Shown: positions 42,757 to 54,252 of the stretch, piece after piece
Layout: every line of letters starts with the position of its first letter
How positions within the stretch are numbered: position 1 is the stretch's first letter
NCBI RefSeq assembly: GCF_016903815.1
Contig: NZ_CP069973.1
Reading direction: 5' to 3' (one strand)
Length of the DNA: 64,000 nucleotides
From: Escherichia coli
Lineage (GTDB): Bacteria > Pseudomonadota > Gammaproteobacteria > Enterobacterales > Enterobacteriaceae
Made by a program: the position numbers and the translations under genes
Notes under the pieces: generated by a model
The model's database searches: none
What the model saw: the letters and a program-made list of their open reading frames with translations, nothing else
What the model was told of the DNA's origin: nothing

Positions 42757-44163
42757 TTACAGCCGTTCTTGAATAAGTTTGCCTAATTGTTTAACCGCCT
42801 GTTCTTCACGTTCTCCCCACTGCCACGCGGTATTAAAACGGAAAAAACGTGACCAGTTTTCACCGGTAGAAAACATTTTACCCGGCGCAATACTGATATG
42901 ATGCGCCAGTGCCGCCAGGCTTAATTCGCCCGCATCTAACGGTTCGGGAAGCTCCAGCCAGAGAAAATAACCGCTGTCATTATGATGAATTTTCACTTCC
43001 GCAGGCAGATAACGCAGCAGTGCTTGCCAGGCACGTTGTTTACGTTCCGCAAGCTGGCGACGCAGGCGACGAAGATGGGCGTCGTATCGGCGCGTGGAAA
43101 GGTAATCCACCAGAGCAAGTTGCATCGGTGAGCTGGTGGAAAGCGTACTCATCAACTGCAAGCGTTGAATTTTACGTGCATGTTTTCCGGCGGCGACCCA
43201 ACCAATACGAAAACCAGGCACCAGACATTTCGAAAACGAAGAGCAATGCAAAACACCATCGTGGTGATCCCACGCTTTCGCAGGCAGCGGTTTTTCCCGT
43301 CCAAAATAAAGTTCGCTGTAAACGTCATCTTCAATCAGCGTTACGTTGTACTGACTGAGCAACGCTACCAGCCGCGCTTTTTTCTGCGGCGTTAAGGTAA
43401 ATCCGAGTGGATTCTGGCTATTAGTCATCAGCCAGCACGCTTTCACCGGATACTCCTGCAACGCCAGTTCCATCGCCTTGAGATCAATCCCTTCTTTAAC
43501 GTCCGTCGCCACCGATAACGCCTTCAGCCGTAACCGCTCCAGCGCCTGCAACGCGCCGTAGAAACAAGGATTCTCTACTATCACCCAATCGCCCGGTTCA
43601 GTGACCGCTTGTAAACTGAGGTTTAATGCCTCTAACGCCCCGGCGGTAATGACAATTTCATCAGGAGAAATAGTGATGCCCTGTAAGGCATAGCGACGAG
43701 CAATAGCCTGACGCAGTTCTGCGTTTCCTGGCGGTAAGTTTTCAATCACGCTCATCGCCGTGGCGGTTTTGCTTACCTGCGCCAGCGAGCGGTTGAGTTG
43801 TTGGAGGGGGAAAAGTCGCGGGTCGGGAAAGGCCGAGGCAAACGGAACTACCGACGGATCGCGACTGGCCTGCAACATATCAAAAATATAGGTGTTGATA
43901 TCGACTGCTTCATCTCGAGTGACTGGAATGACTGGCGCTTTCGGCATTTTTATTGCCTGTGTCGCAACGTAATAACCCGACTGCGGTCGCGCGATAATAT
44001 GTCCCTGACTTTCGAGCAACTGATAGGCATGGCTCACGGTCATAAAGCTCATGCCAGAAAGCGCCACCTGGTCACGCAACGAAGGCAAACGATCTCCGGG
44101 TTGCCAGATACCCGACGCAATCTGCTCGCGTAATTGTTCTGCAAGCTGCTGGTATTTTTTCAT
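42757..44163 (-). CDS. ydcR: MocR-type regulator (GntR HTH fused to aminotransferase domain)
   Basis: 468 aa; synteny. Confidence 0.85.
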   Translation of the reverse strand: MKKYQQLAEQLREQIASGIWQPGDRLPSLRDQVALSGMSFMTVSHAYQLLESQGHIIARPQSGYYVATQAIKMPKAPVIPVTRDEAVDINTYIFDMLQASRDPSVVPFASAFPDPRLFPLQQLNRSLAQVSKTATAMSVIENLPPGNAELRQAIARRYALQGITISPDEIVITAGALEALNLSLQAVTEPGDWVIVENPCFYGALQALERLRLKALSVATDVKEGIDLKAMELALQEYPVKACWLMTNSQNPLGFTLTPQKKARLVALLSQYNVTLIEDDVYSELYFGREKPLPAKAWDHHDGVLHCSSFSKCLVPGFRIGWVAAGKHARKIQRLQLMSTLSTSSPMQLALVDYLSTRRYDAHLRRLRRQLAERKQRAWQALLRYLPAEVKIHHNDSGYFLWLELPEPLDAGELSLAALAHHISIAPGKMFSTGENWSRFFRFNTAWQWGEREEQAVKQLGKLIQERL

Positions 44164-44241
44164 TATCGAATCGTAATTATGTGCAGATGATTCGGCAGTC
44201 TATATCAGTTGTTAAAAATGACAACTTTTCGTTAACTGTAA

Positions 44242-44658
<417 letters not shown>

Positions 44659-44703
44659 AATTTCGACTGTCTCTCGCATGTCATTAACCTTTTTAATTGG
44701 CGA

Positions 44704-44880
44704 TTAACTCAAACCGAGTTGTTTCAGGATTGCTTTACGCAATGGTTCTTTAATCTCATCGCAGGGGTGACGCGGCATGACACTGCGCCTCCCACGAAAC
44801 CTGAGTTTCAAATGGTTGCTGCCATTCGCTACATCGACGCCCTGAGATTCGAGCCAACGTCTGAACTCGCTTTGTTTCAC
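44704..44880 (-). CDS. hicA: HicA mRNA-interferase toxin
   Basis: Hand translation (below the track size cutoff): V/MKQSEFRRWLESQGVDVANGSNHLKLRFRGRRSVMPRHPCDEIKEPLRKAILKQLGLS*; apparent GTG start. Confidence 0.75.
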   Translation of the reverse strand: MKQSEFRRWLESQGVDVANGSNHLKLRFRGRRSVMPRHPCDEIKEPLRKAILKQLGLS

Positions 44881-45101
44881 ATCGCCTCCCTGCCGCTGAG
44901 TATATCAACAAAGTAAACATTAGTGTTTACCTCCGTGTGTAATTTGCTCGAAAATAGCACTAAATCGCCGCAACGGCAGAATGCAATGCAAAATCAGGAA
45001 GGAAGATTCCAGAATTTCTTTGCGCTAATTTGCAAAACTGAATAATAACCTCAAGAAACTATCGGCATCATAGCGGCAAAAGGTGAGAAAAAGGTGGCGG
45101 G

Positions 45102-45332
45102 ATGTTTACGAAGGCGTTATCGGTTGTCTTATTAACGTGTGCGCTGTTCTCAGGACAACTCATGGCAGGGCACAAAGGACATGAATTTATGTGGGTAAAG
45201 AATGTGGATCATCAGCTACGTCATGAAGCGGACAGCGATGAATTGCGTGCCGTGGCGGAAGAGTCGGCGGAAGGTTTGCGCGAGCATTTTTACTGGCAAA
45301 AATCGCGCAAACCAGAAGCGGGACAACGTTGA
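45102..45332 (+). CDS. yncJ: Secreted small protein YncJ
   Basis: 76 aa with signal peptide; synteny. Confidence 0.75.
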   Translation: MFTKALSVVLLTCALFSGQLMAGHKGHEFMWVKNVDHQLRHEADSDELRAVAEESAEGLREHFYWQKSRKPEAGQR

Positions 45333-45340
45333 GTCATTTA

Positions 45341-45375
45341 TTGCCGGATGCGGCGTGACGCCTTACCCGGCCAAC
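45341..45375. repeat. REP-like palindromic unit downstream of yncJ
   Basis: gccggatgcggcgtgacgccttacccggcc. Confidence 0.5.
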
Positions 45376-45423
45376 AATATCATGCAGATTCAATAAGTTG
45401 TGAGTAACCAGAAAACTGGCGTT

Positions 45424-47385
45424 TTACCCTTTTCGCTTCGGCAATGTTTTCAGCAGCTCATCCGGACTTACGGAGGCGACAACACTTCCCGGTAACGGCA
45501 TTTTCAGAATGTGATTTTTAATTTTGCCGATGACGTGCATCTCGCATGGGCGGCAATCAAACTTTAGCGTTAATACTTCATCGCCGTTAACCAGTTGCAT
45601 TGGCGTCGCCTTCCAGCTTTTGATATTGCCTTTCGCCTGTTTCGGGCACAGATTGAAGGCAAAGCGCAAACAATGCTTAGTGATCATCACCGGGACTTCG
45701 CCCTTCTCTTCATGTGCCTCATACGCCGCGTCAATCAGCTGCACACCGTAGCGATGATAAAATTCACGCGCTTTCTGGTTGTATACGTTCGCGAGGAAAC
45801 TCAGATGCGTTTGCGGATAAACCGGCGCAGGATCAGCAACCGGTTTACGGCTGCCCCGCTGGTAACCGGCAAGACGTGCAGCATCCAGCATGTCGGCGGC
45901 TTCACGGCGGAACTGGTTTAACAGACTGTTTGGTACAAACAGCGCACCCGGCAAATTAATTTGCACATCGCGGGCGTAATAGATGGTTTGCCCCAGTTTT
46001 GCCAGACCATCCTTTAGATTGTTCATTGCTTTTTCGGCGTTATTGGCTTCGTCGAACTGCCCATCCAGCGTATGCGTGATGCTGACACCCTCTTCACTGG
46101 TGAGGGTCAGAATCAGTTGTTCCTGCCAGCCGCCCAGTTCAATGTCTACCGCCACCCGACGTTCGCTGGAGGTTTTTGTCAGTGCCTGCTGCCAGTTATG
46201 ATCAAGATTACGGTTTAGTGGGTGATGCGGGCGAATTTTGTGCAACTCTGCTGGCATTTCATTGGGCCAGACGCGGTACTGATTTTCTCCGGTTTTCTCG
46301 ACCGTATTGGCACGAAAGCCGACGACTTCACGTTTAATCATCACGTTCAGGCCATCGCCATTTGCCAGTGGTTCGGAAACGGCAACATCGAGATGATCTT
46401 TCGCCACTTTCAATACTTCACCCACCGGCAGGCCGATAAATTTCGGCGAATCGAACGCGCCAATATCGCCTTTACGGGCATTCACAAAATAATCTGTGCT
46501 ACCACGGTGGAAAGTCTTTTCCGTCGATGGAACAAAGAAATGTTCAGTACGACCTGATGAAGCACGCGTCAGATCGACACGTTCTTCAATAATGGCATCC
46601 AGCATCTGGCGATAATGGGCGGTGATATTCTTCACGTAGCTCATATCTTTGTAACGCCCTTCAATCTTGAAGGAGCGTACGCCAGCATCAATCAGCGCGC
46701 CGAGGTTGGCAGTCTGATCGTTATCTTTCATCGACAGCAGATGTTTTTCATAGGAAACCACCCGCCCCTGATCGTCTTTCAATGTGTATGGCAAACGGCA
46801 CGCCTGCGAGCAATCGCCACGGTTGGCGCTACGCCCTGTTTGCGCATGAGAAATGTAGCACTGACCCGAATAGGCCACGCACAGTGCGCCATGAATAAAG
46901 AATTCAATGGTCGCGTCCGTGGCCTGGTGAATCGCGCGGATCTGCTCAAGATTCAGTTCTCGCGCCAGCACAATCTGCGTGAAGCCAACATCAGAGAGGA
47001 ACTTCGCTTTTTCTACTGTACGAATGTCGCACTGCGTACTGGCGTGCAGTTCAATCGGCGGAATATCAAGTTCCAGAATCCCCATATCCTGAACAATCAG
47101 CGCATCGACGCCGGTCTGGTAGAGGTCAGTAATCAGCCGTTGCGCAGGTTCCAGCTCATCATCATGCAAAATGGTGTTAAGCGTGACGAAAATTTTTGCA
47201 CCATAACGATGGGCAAACGGCACCAGCTCGGCAATATCTTTCAGGCTATTACTGGCATTATGACGGGCACCAAAACCAGGGCCGCCGATATAAACAGCAT
47301 CGGCACCGTGCAAAATAGCTTCGCGGGCAATGGCGGCATCGCGTGCCGGACTTAACAGTTCAAGACGATGAGAAGATACGGTCAC
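45424..47385 (-). CDS. ydcP: Peptidase U32-family protein YdcP
   Basis: Long ORF recognised as YdcP; start placed at GTG (VTVSSHRLELLSPARDAAI) to give 653 aa; the track ORF extends to 47427. Confidence 0.75.
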   Translation of the reverse strand: MTVSSHRLELLSPARDAAIAREAILHGADAVYIGGPGFGARHNASNSLKDIAELVPFAHRYGAKIFVTLNTILHDDELEPAQRLITDLYQTGVDALIVQDMGILELDIPPIELHASTQCDIRTVEKAKFLSDVGFTQIVLARELNLEQIRAIHQATDATIEFFIHGALCVAYSGQCYISHAQTGRSANRGDCSQACRLPYTLKDDQGRVVSYEKHLLSMKDNDQTANLGALIDAGVRSFKIEGRYKDMSYVKNITAHYRQMLDAIIEERVDLTRASSGRTEHFFVPSTEKTFHRGSTDYFVNARKGDIGAFDSPKFIGLPVGEVLKVAKDHLDVAVSEPLANGDGLNVMIKREVVGFRANTVEKTGENQYRVWPNEMPAELHKIRPHHPLNRNLDHNWQQALTKTSSERRVAVDIELGGWQEQLILTLTSEEGVSITHTLDGQFDEANNAEKAMNNLKDGLAKLGQTIYYARDVQINLPGALFVPNSLLNQFRREAADMLDAARLAGYQRGSRKPVADPAPVYPQTHLSFLANVYNQKAREFYHRYGVQLIDAAYEAHEEKGEVPVMITKHCLRFAFNLCPKQAKGNIKSWKATPMQLVNGDEVLTLKFDCRPCEMHVIGKIKNHILKMPLPGSVVASVSPDELLKTLPKRKG

Positions 47386-47457
47386 TTTCTTATCCAGTAG
47401 CTGAAAAATGGCGGCTATTTTAGCCACAAGCGCGACGTTGCGAAATAGTTTTCCCGC

Positions 47458-47994
47458 TTAACTGCGCGGGTAATGGATGAGGGAATGAAAATGTACGGTT
47501 TGCTCCCCTCCATTACGATAGACATGCGTGACGTCTGCAGCAAATCGAGCGCCTTCCCCACAATTAAGGCTCTGCCATTCACCATCAACGCACAGATCAA
47601 GTTGTCCATCAATGACGACAACATGTTCGATTCCCCCCTTCTCATGGGGCGTCGATTCGCTTATTGCACCAGGTGCCATCTGAATCGAGAAGTGTTCAAA
47701 GCAGAGTTGTGGATCATAAGGAAACAGTGAAGTGATCACCATCGCCTGCTGTTGTGGATCATAAACTGAAGGCGTAGCGGACTGCGGCGGAGAAATAAAT
47801 GTTGAAAATGGCACGTTCAACCCGGTGGCAATTTTCCATAATGTCGCGACCGTCGGGCTGGATTCATTACGCTCAATCTGCCCTAACATCGCTTTAGAAA
47901 CGCCCGTCGCTTCTGCCAGTCGCGAAAGACTCCAGCCGCGATGCTGACGTAGTTGTTTAAGTGTGGTGGATAAAAAGCGAGCGAGATTCTCCAT
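47458..47994 (-). CDS. ydcN: XRE-family HTH regulator with cupin domain
   Basis: 178 aa; N-terminal HTH (LSRLAEATGVSKAMLGQIERNES). Confidence 0.85.
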   Translation of the reverse strand: MENLARFLSTTLKQLRQHRGWSLSRLAEATGVSKAMLGQIERNESSPTVATLWKIATGLNVPFSTFISPPQSATPSVYDPQQQAMVITSLFPYDPQLCFEHFSIQMAPGAISESTPHEKGGIEHVVVIDGQLDLCVDGEWQSLNCGEGARFAADVTHVYRNGGEQTVHFHSLIHYPRS

Positions 47995-48027
47995 GCGACT
48001 CCTCCGGCAAAACGGAAGTTTATCACT

Positions 48028-48078
48028 TGTGCGTTATAACGGACAAATGCTACGGTACCTGTACGTTATAACGCACGA
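48028..48078. promoter_or_regulatory. Paired palindromes in the ydcN–ydcO divergent region (candidate operator)
   Basis: CGTTATAACG at 48032..48041 and 48064..48073, embedded in GTGCGTTATAACG ... CGTTATAACGCAC. Confidence 0.45.
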
Positions 48079-48085
48079 GGTGACT

Positions 48086-49258
48086 ATGCGTCTGTTTTCT
48101 ATTCCTCCACCCACGCTACTGGCGGGGTTTCTGGCGGTATTAATTGGCTACGCCAGTTCAGCGGCAATAATCTGGCAAGCAGCGATTGTCGCCGGAGCCA
48201 CCACTGCACAAATCTCTGGCTGGATGACGGCGCTGGGGCTGGCAATGGGCGTCAGTACGCTGACTCTGACATTATGGTATCGCGTACCTGTTCTCACCGC
48301 ATGGTCAACGCCTGGCGCGGCTTTGTTGGTCACCGGATTACAGGGACTAACACTTAACGAAGCCATCGGCGTTTTTATTGTCACCAACGCGTTAATAGTC
48401 CTCTGCGGCATAACGGGACTCTTTGCTCGTCTGATGCGCATTATTCCGCACTCGCTTGCGGCGGCAATGCTTGCCGGGATTTTATTACGCTTTGGTTTAC
48501 AGGCGTTTGCCAGTCTGGATGATCAATTTACGTTGTGTGGCAGTATGTTGCTGGTATGGCTGGCAACCAAGGCCGTTGCGCCGCGCTATGCGGTAATTGC
48601 CGCGATGATTATTGGGATCGTCATCGTTATCGCGCAAGGTGACGTTGTCACAAATGATGTTGTCTTTAAACCCGTTCTCCCCACTTATATTACCCCTGAT
48701 TTTGCGTTTGCTCACAGCCTGAGCGTTGCACTCCCCCTTTTTCTGGTGACGATGGCATCGCAAAACGCACCGGGTATCGCAGCAATGAAAGCCGCCGGAT
48801 ATTCAGCTCCTGTTTCGCCATTAATTGTATTTACTGGATTGCTGGCACTGGTTTTTTCCCCTTTCGGCGTTTATTCCGTCGGTATTGCGGCAATCACCGC
48901 GGCTATTTGTCAAAGCCCGGAAGCGCATCCGGATAAAGATCAACGTTGGCTGGCAGCTGCCGTTGCAGGCATTTTTTATTTGCTCGCAGGTCTTTTTGGT
49001 AGTGCTATTACCGGGATGATGGCTGCCCTGCCCGTAAGTTGGATCCAGATGCTGGCAGGTCTGGCGCTGTTGAGTACCATTGGCGGCAGTTTGTATCAGG
49101 CGCTGCATAATGAGCGTGAGCGCGACGCGGCGGTGGTGGCATTTCTGGTAACGGCAAGTGGATTGACGCTGGTCGGGATTGGTTCTGCGTTTTGGGGATT
49201 AATTGCCGGAGGCGTTTGTTACGTGGTGTTGAATTTAATCGCTGACAGAAACCGATAA
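48086..49258 (+). CDS. ydcO: BenE-family membrane transporter
   Basis: Start taken at MRLFSIPPPTLLAGFLAVLIGYASSAAI, internal Met of the track ORF. Confidence 0.85.
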   Translation: MRLFSIPPPTLLAGFLAVLIGYASSAAIIWQAAIVAGATTAQISGWMTALGLAMGVSTLTLTLWYRVPVLTAWSTPGAALLVTGLQGLTLNEAIGVFIVTNALIVLCGITGLFARLMRIIPHSLAAAMLAGILLRFGLQAFASLDDQFTLCGSMLLVWLATKAVAPRYAVIAAMIIGIVIVIAQGDVVTNDVVFKPVLPTYITPDFAFAHSLSVALPLFLVTMASQNAPGIAAMKAAGYSAPVSPLIVFTGLLALVFSPFGVYSVGIAAITAAICQSPEAHPDKDQRWLAAAVAGIFYLLAGLFGSAITGMMAALPVSWIQMLAGLALLSTIGGSLYQALHNERERDAAVVAFLVTASGLTLVGIGSAFWGLIAGGVCYVVLNLIADRNR

Positions 49259-49264
49259 TAAATA

Positions 49265-49291
49265 TCCTCCGGCATAGCCGGAGGTTTTTCA
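49265..49291 (+). terminator. Rho-independent terminator of ydcO
   Basis: cctccggc-ata-gccggagg followed by ttttt. Confidence 0.6.
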
Positions 49292-49299
49292 AATGCGCC

Positions 49300-49960
49300 T
49301 ATAAGGCTCTCTTACCAGCCGCGCCCTAACAGGCGCACACGATCTGACATTTGCATCCAACTTCGTTACTTACGGCCCGTAAACGGGCTGCCCGGATAGG
49401 GAATCGATAACTGCTCTCCCATTTTATCCTCTTCAAGCTGGTGCTTTATGTAATCCTGTATCTTCGCCGTGTTCTTACCCACCGTATCGACGTAGTACCC
49501 TCTGCACCAGAACTCCCTGTTCCTGTATTTGAATTTCAAATCACCAAACTGCTCGTAAAGCATCAGACTGCTTTTCCCTTTCAGATATCCCATAAAGCCG
49601 GATACGCTCATTTTGGGCGGGATCTCCACAAGCATATGGATATGATCTGCACAGCATTCAGCTTCCAGAATCCGTACACTTTTCCACTCACACAGCTTTC
49701 TCAAAATACTGCCTATTGCTCTACGCTTCTCTCTGTAGAACACCTGTCTTCGGTATTTTGGCGCAAAAACTATGTGATATTTACAGTTCCATCGGGTGTG
49801 CGCTAAGCTCTTTTCGTTCCCCATTGGGACCCCCTTTTGATTTCTTGTTTGACACTTGCAGTTGCCAGACCGCAAGGTGTTTTAACAAATCAAAAGGGGT
49901 TTTAATAACTGGCTTAAAGCTGAAAGCTTTCCGGAACCCCCAGCCTAGCTGGGGGTTTTC
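49300..49960 (-). mobile_element. IS200-like insertion sequence (boundaries approximate)
   Basis: Contains the tnpA CDS; palindromes cccccagc-cta-gctggggg (~49935..49955) and ccccttttgatt...aatcaaaagggg (~49843..49905) resemble IS200 left-end structures. Confidence 0.55.
49366..49824 (-). CDS. tnpA: IS200/IS605-family Y1 (HuH) transposase TnpA
   Basis: 152 aa from MGNEKSLAHTRWNCKYHIVFAPKYRR...; HuH motif HIHMLVEIPP; catalytic Tyr region YIKHQL. Confidence 0.85.
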   Translation of the reverse strand: MGNEKSLAHTRWNCKYHIVFAPKYRRQVFYREKRRAIGSILRKLCEWKSVRILEAECCADHIHMLVEIPPKMSVSGFMGYLKGKSSLMLYEQFGDLKFKYRNREFWCRGYYVDTVGKNTAKIQDYIKHQLEEDKMGEQLSIPYPGSPFTGRK

Positions 49961-49967
49961 TGTGCAC

Positions 49968-49998
49968 AAAAAAGCGCCATCTAACGATGGCGCGTCTG
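49968..49998 (-). terminator. Rho-independent terminator of ydcL
   Basis: gcgccatc-gtta-gatggcgc followed by tttttt on the minus strand, just after the ydcL stop. Confidence 0.6.
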
Positions 49999-50001
49999 GA
50001 A

Positions 50002-50670
50002 CTACTTTTTGTTAACGTCAAACATGGTGGCATCGGTCGCCATGTCATCAATAACTTGTTTAATATTTTCGAAAGCCATTGGCGTACTTTCGTTATTCAG
50101 GTCTTTACCTTCGCCCTGACGAACGACTTTGATAACCGGTTTATTAGTCGCTGCATCAATCAGCTCACCTTCAAAATAGAGGCGAGTATCCATGGTACGG
50201 TGGCCTGTAGCCATTTGCGTCCCCGCAACCACTAATGCAACAGGAACCACTTCATAGAATTGCAGCCCTTCTTTGCTGGTATCTACACCGGTAATGGCCC
50301 CACGGAAAATCAGACTATGCGGCCCAGCGGTGGTAACCAGTGGTTTACGCTGCGCTATCGCTTCTTTCATTTCGGTGTTGGTATAGTTCAAAATTTTATC
50401 CAGAACTTTCTGCCCTACCTGGGTAGAAGGTTTCGGTACCGGATAATAAGTGATTGGGTTCCAGACGATGCTGTCATATTTGCTTTGATCAAAACTTGGG
50501 TCTACCCAACGTAAAACAGGTTTACCTGTTGCCGAGGTTGTTTCTTTTAAATCAGAGTAATTGTTTAAAAAACCAGAATATTTATCTGGCTGGGTGATTT
50601 TAGAGGCACAACCAGACAGAGCCAACAAGCCGCATAAAGCTGCAACTTTCGCAAATGATGTGGTACGCAT
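50002..50670 (-). CDS. ydcL: Lipoprotein YdcL
   Basis: 222 aa; lipobox LSGC. Confidence 0.8.
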   Translation of the reverse strand: MRTTSFAKVAALCGLLALSGCASKITQPDKYSGFLNNYSDLKETTSATGKPVLRWVDPSFDQSKYDSIVWNPITYYPVPKPSTQVGQKVLDKILNYTNTEMKEAIAQRKPLVTTAGPHSLIFRGAITGVDTSKEGLQFYEVVPVALVVAGTQMATGHRTMDTRLYFEGELIDAATNKPVIKVVRQGEGKDLNNESTPMAFENIKQVIDDMATDATMFDVNKK

Positions 50671-50972
50671 GAATAGTTTCCTGAGATGATTATATTACTT
50701 TCTAAGTTATAGCAAAAAGCGCCGCTTCGTGTTGTGGCAAAAAAAGTGTTGGTGAAAATAAATTTTTTAGCCCCTTTTCAGACGACATAGTCAATGCCGA
50801 AAAAGGGGCTAAGTCAATCATCAGTAGTTAAATTTCAGTAAGTTAAGCGGCTAAAAAACTTCGACTACTGTGATTAATTTCACATCCCTTCGATAAAAAA
50901 TATGCTTACCGAAAAGAAGAACAGTAAACCATCTCAGCGTGGGGAATTTTCACGCGCTTTGTTCTTACCGGA

Positions 50973-51566
50973 TCATTTTTTACGTGCCAGCATCGTGGCG
51001 AAACGCAGTTTAATACGATTACCGTTGGCGTCGGTGCGGTGCAGCTCGCCGACGTCTTCATTGTATTTCACCATCTCCCAGCCTTCGTAATATCGACGTA
51101 ATTCCCCCTCTTTGAAGGCAAACGGGAAGCCGACGGTACATGGATAATCAGCGGTATCCATCGCCGCCACAATCAGGTTGTAACCGCCAGGTTTAGTGCA
51201 ACGTTGCATATTGGCAATCAGCCCTGGGATGGTTTTAGCCTCAAGGAACATCAGCACCACAGTCGAAAGAATAAAATCGTACTGTCCATCAAATGTGAGG
51301 TTATTCAGATCAACGACCCGGGTGTGTAAATTATCCAGATTTTCAATGGACTTAATGCGCTCGACGTTGGCGATACTCATGGCATTTTTATCCCATGCGT
51401 CAACATCATAACCATTGGCTGCCAGGTAAAGACTGTTACGACCATTGCCACAGCCCAGATCCAGCGTTTTACCCGGTTTAACCACTTTCACCGCTTCCAG
51501 TACTTCAGAGTGTGTGCGGGTTAATTCATATTTATCAGTAAAATAGTTTTCGTCACGAATGATCAT
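50973..51566 (-). CDS. tehB: Tellurite methyltransferase (SAM-dependent)
   Basis: 197 aa; SAM-binding motif [11 protein letters not shown]. Confidence 0.9.
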   Translation of the reverse strand: MIIRDENYFTDKYELTRTHSEVLEAVKVVKPGKTLDLGCGNGRNSLYLAANGYDVDAWDKNAMSIANVERIKSIENLDNLHTRVVDLNNLTFDGQYDFILSTVVLMFLEAKTIPGLIANMQRCTKPGGYNLIVAAMDTADYPCTVGFPFAFKEGELRRYYEGWEMVKYNEDVGELHRTDANGNRIKLRFATMLARKK

Positions 51567-52555
51567 TCTTTGTCCTCTGCTTTCATTAAAACGGCGCGCT
51601 CGGTTCTGACTAACAATTTTCCCTGCATCAGAAGCGCAAAAGTACGGATGAGCAGTATTGCAATAATAAAATTGGTAAAGATAAACAGCGGCACCGCCAG
51701 CGTATGGAAAAATCCATTATCGCTGCCACTCCCCAGATGCAAACCGGTGGTTGCCAGTGCAGATACGCCGAACGAGAAACTCCAGAATGAAGCATTAAAT
51801 GGCTGGGAGAGATACCATGGCATCAGACGTAGCATAAACAGCAGTTGCAGCAGTCCATAACCGAAAAGCATTTTCGCCAGCGTGTCACCCTCGCCGCCGT
51901 TGACGCTCAGCCAGGCACTACAGGCCACCAGCGCAGGAGCGAGCTGAATGCCGAGTGATGTCCGCAGCGCCGTGGGTAATTCTCCCGAACTGCGCAGACG
52001 CTGCAAGATCACCGGTTCAAGGCTTAGCCATGAGAAAACGCCTGCGCCTAAAAACACCAGACCGGCGTCGGTGTAGCCCAACGCACCACAGGCCATTGCG
52101 CTGATAAAGTTGTTGGCAACTGTCGGCAGATACAGTCCAGGCGTGGTAGCTTCTTCAGGGTGAGATCCGCGCCATAATCCCGCAGTTTGCCATGCGGCAT
52201 AAGCCAGTTGCACCACGACACCAAAACTGAACAGGCACACCGCCAGTGGGCGAAACCACGGAACAAAACCAATCGCCACCAGCATCGTCGTTGCCGGAAA
52301 CAAACTCACAAAACTGCTCAGCACTGGATGGCGCACTTCCGCCAGCACGCTATGCGGAAAGCGGATGAGTCGGGTAATAAATGCGCTAGTTAATAATCCC
52401 CAGATGATCATCGCCAGAATCACCAGCCCATCCCCTAACCAGTGGCTGACCTGCCAAACCTGGCTGGCATAGCGCCAGGCAAATCCCATCCCTATCGTCC
52501 CCAACACAATACCAAAGTAGCCTGCCGGCAAATTGAGCACTTTATCGCTCTGCAT
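51563..52555 (-). CDS. tehA: Tellurite resistance / C4-dicarboxylate-type membrane protein
   Basis: 330 aa from [19 protein letters not shown]; 4-nt overlap with tehB. Confidence 0.85.
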   Translation of the reverse strand: MQSDKVLNLPAGYFGIVLGTIGMGFAWRYASQVWQVSHWLGDGLVILAMIIWGLLTSAFITRLIRFPHSVLAEVRHPVLSSFVSLFPATTMLVAIGFVPWFRPLAVCLFSFGVVVQLAYAAWQTAGLWRGSHPEEATTPGLYLPTVANNFISAMACGALGYTDAGLVFLGAGVFSWLSLEPVILQRLRSSGELPTALRTSLGIQLAPALVACSAWLSVNGGEGDTLAKMLFGYGLLQLLFMLRLMPWYLSQPFNASFWSFSFGVSALATTGLHLGSGSDNGFFHTLAVPLFIFTNFIIAILLIRTFALLMQGKLLVRTERAVLMKAEDKE

Positions 52556-52678
52556 CTTCTTACTCATTTTGTTTAATTTATAAAGTATATTTGAAATGCA
52601 TTTTATGGAATTTTCTCGAGCATAGCCAGAGCCGCAGAATTTGCTACGGTTATAGTAAGTCACCTGTGGGAAAACGCT

Positions 52679-53659
52679 ATGCGCAAATATCGTCTAAGTG
52701 AAGAACAGCGAGCCTTTAGTTATCAGGAAGATGGCACTAAAAAAAGTGTGTTATTACGGCAGATTATCGCCATTAGCGATTTTAACGATGTGATAGCAGG
52801 AACCGCTGGCGGCTGGATCGATCGCGAAACGGTGTTAGCACAGGAAGGAAATTGCTGGATTTACGATCAGAATGCTATTGCGTTCGGCGGAACGGTGATT
52901 TCCGGTAATACGCGTATCACCGGCACCAGCGTTCTTTGGGGAGAGGTTTACGCAACGGATAACGTCTGGATCGATAATAGTGAAATCAGCCAGGATGCAT
53001 ATATAAGTGACAGCGTCACCATTCGTGACTCATTAGTTTGTGGTCAATGTAGAATATTTGGTCACGCCTTAATTGATCAACATTCTATGATCGTCGCCGC
53101 ACAAGGCTTAACGCCCGACCATCAACTCCTGCTACAAATTTATGATCGCGCAAGGGTTAGCGCCTCGCGTATTGTTCACCAGGCACAAATTTATGGCGAT
53201 GCCGTCGTCCGGTATGCTTTTATTGAACATCGCGCCGAAGTTTTTGATTTTGCCAGCGTTGAAGGTAATGAAGAGAACAACGTCTGGCTATGCGATTGCG
53301 CTAAAGTCTACGGTCACGCGCAGGTGAAAGCTGGCATAGAAGAAGATGCCATTCCGACGATTCATTACAGTTCGCAGGTGGCGGAATATGCCATTGTGGA
53401 AGGTAATTGTGTGTTAAAACATCATGTCTTGATTGGCGGAAATGCCGTGGTACGTGGCGGACCGATTCTGCTCGACGAGCACGTTGTAATACAAGGTGAG
53501 AGCCGTATTACAGGTGCGGTGATAATTGAAAAACATGTGGAGTTAACCGACCACGCCGTCGTTGAAGCCTTTGATGGCGACACGGTTCATGTCCGTGGTC
53601 CAAAAGTCATTAACGGCGAGGAGCGCATTACGCGAACGCCGCTGGCAGGGTTATTGTGA
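52679..53659 (+). CDS. ydcK: Uncharacterised repeat protein YdcK
   Basis: 326 aa; synteny. Confidence 0.8.
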   Translation: MRKYRLSEEQRAFSYQEDGTKKSVLLRQIIAISDFNDVIAGTAGGWIDRETVLAQEGNCWIYDQNAIAFGGTVISGNTRITGTSVLWGEVYATDNVWIDNSEISQDAYISDSVTIRDSLVCGQCRIFGHALIDQHSMIVAAQGLTPDHQLLLQIYDRARVSASRIVHQAQIYGDAVVRYAFIEHRAEVFDFASVEGNEENNVWLCDCAKVYGHAQVKAGIEEDAIPTIHYSSQVAEYAIVEGNCVLKHHVLIGGNAVVRGGPILLDEHVVIQGESRITGAVIIEKHVELTDHAVVEAFDGDTVHVRGPKVINGEERITRTPLAGLL

Positions 53660-54190
53660 ATCGATAATACGCGCGTATAAGTTCACATCATCATAGGCAT
53701 CATTCAGGAACTCAGCCTGTTTCAGACAACCTTCAAGGATAAAACCATTGCGCAAGGCGACCTGGTTGCTTTGCACATTGTCCACCCGACATTTGATCAC
53801 GAAGCGTCTAAGTTCACCAGACTGGGCGTAATGATGAATCAATGCCTGCAGCGCCTGAGAAATGATCCCCTGCCCCTGATGAGATTCGTCCAGCCAGTAG
53901 CCGATTTCAGCGGTTTTATTCAGTGGTTCAATACGATTAAACGAGATAACGCCGATAAGTTCATCTTCTTTGAAAATCATGAACATTTTGGCATATCCGC
54001 GTTGATGCAACATTACATTGCCCTGCACCGTTTTTCGCGTGTCCTCTTCACTTTGAACAAACTGCGGCCAGTTTAGCGACTGCTGTAACCAGGTTTTATT
54101 TTTACAGATTAACTGATAAAGAGGTGTGACGTGATTTTCTGCAACAGCATGTAATTCAAGTGATTCGCTTACTTTTATCGTTTCGGTCAT
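53651..54190 (-). CDS. rimL: Ribosomal protein L7/L12 serine N-acetyltransferase (GNAT)
   Basis: 179 aa from [16 protein letters not shown]; 3' end overlaps ydcK convergently. Confidence 0.85.
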   Translation of the reverse strand: MTETIKVSESLELHAVAENHVTPLYQLICKNKTWLQQSLNWPQFVQSEEDTRKTVQGNVMLHQRGYAKMFMIFKEDELIGVISFNRIEPLNKTAEIGYWLDESHQGQGIISQALQALIHHYAQSGELRRFVIKCRVDNVQSNQVALRNGFILEGCLKQAEFLNDAYDDVNLYARIIDSQ

Positions 54191-54252
54191 CTTATCTCCA
54201 GTCAATCCATGCAGTTGTTAAAAAAGCCGCCTGGCTGGCGGCTTAGGAAAGT

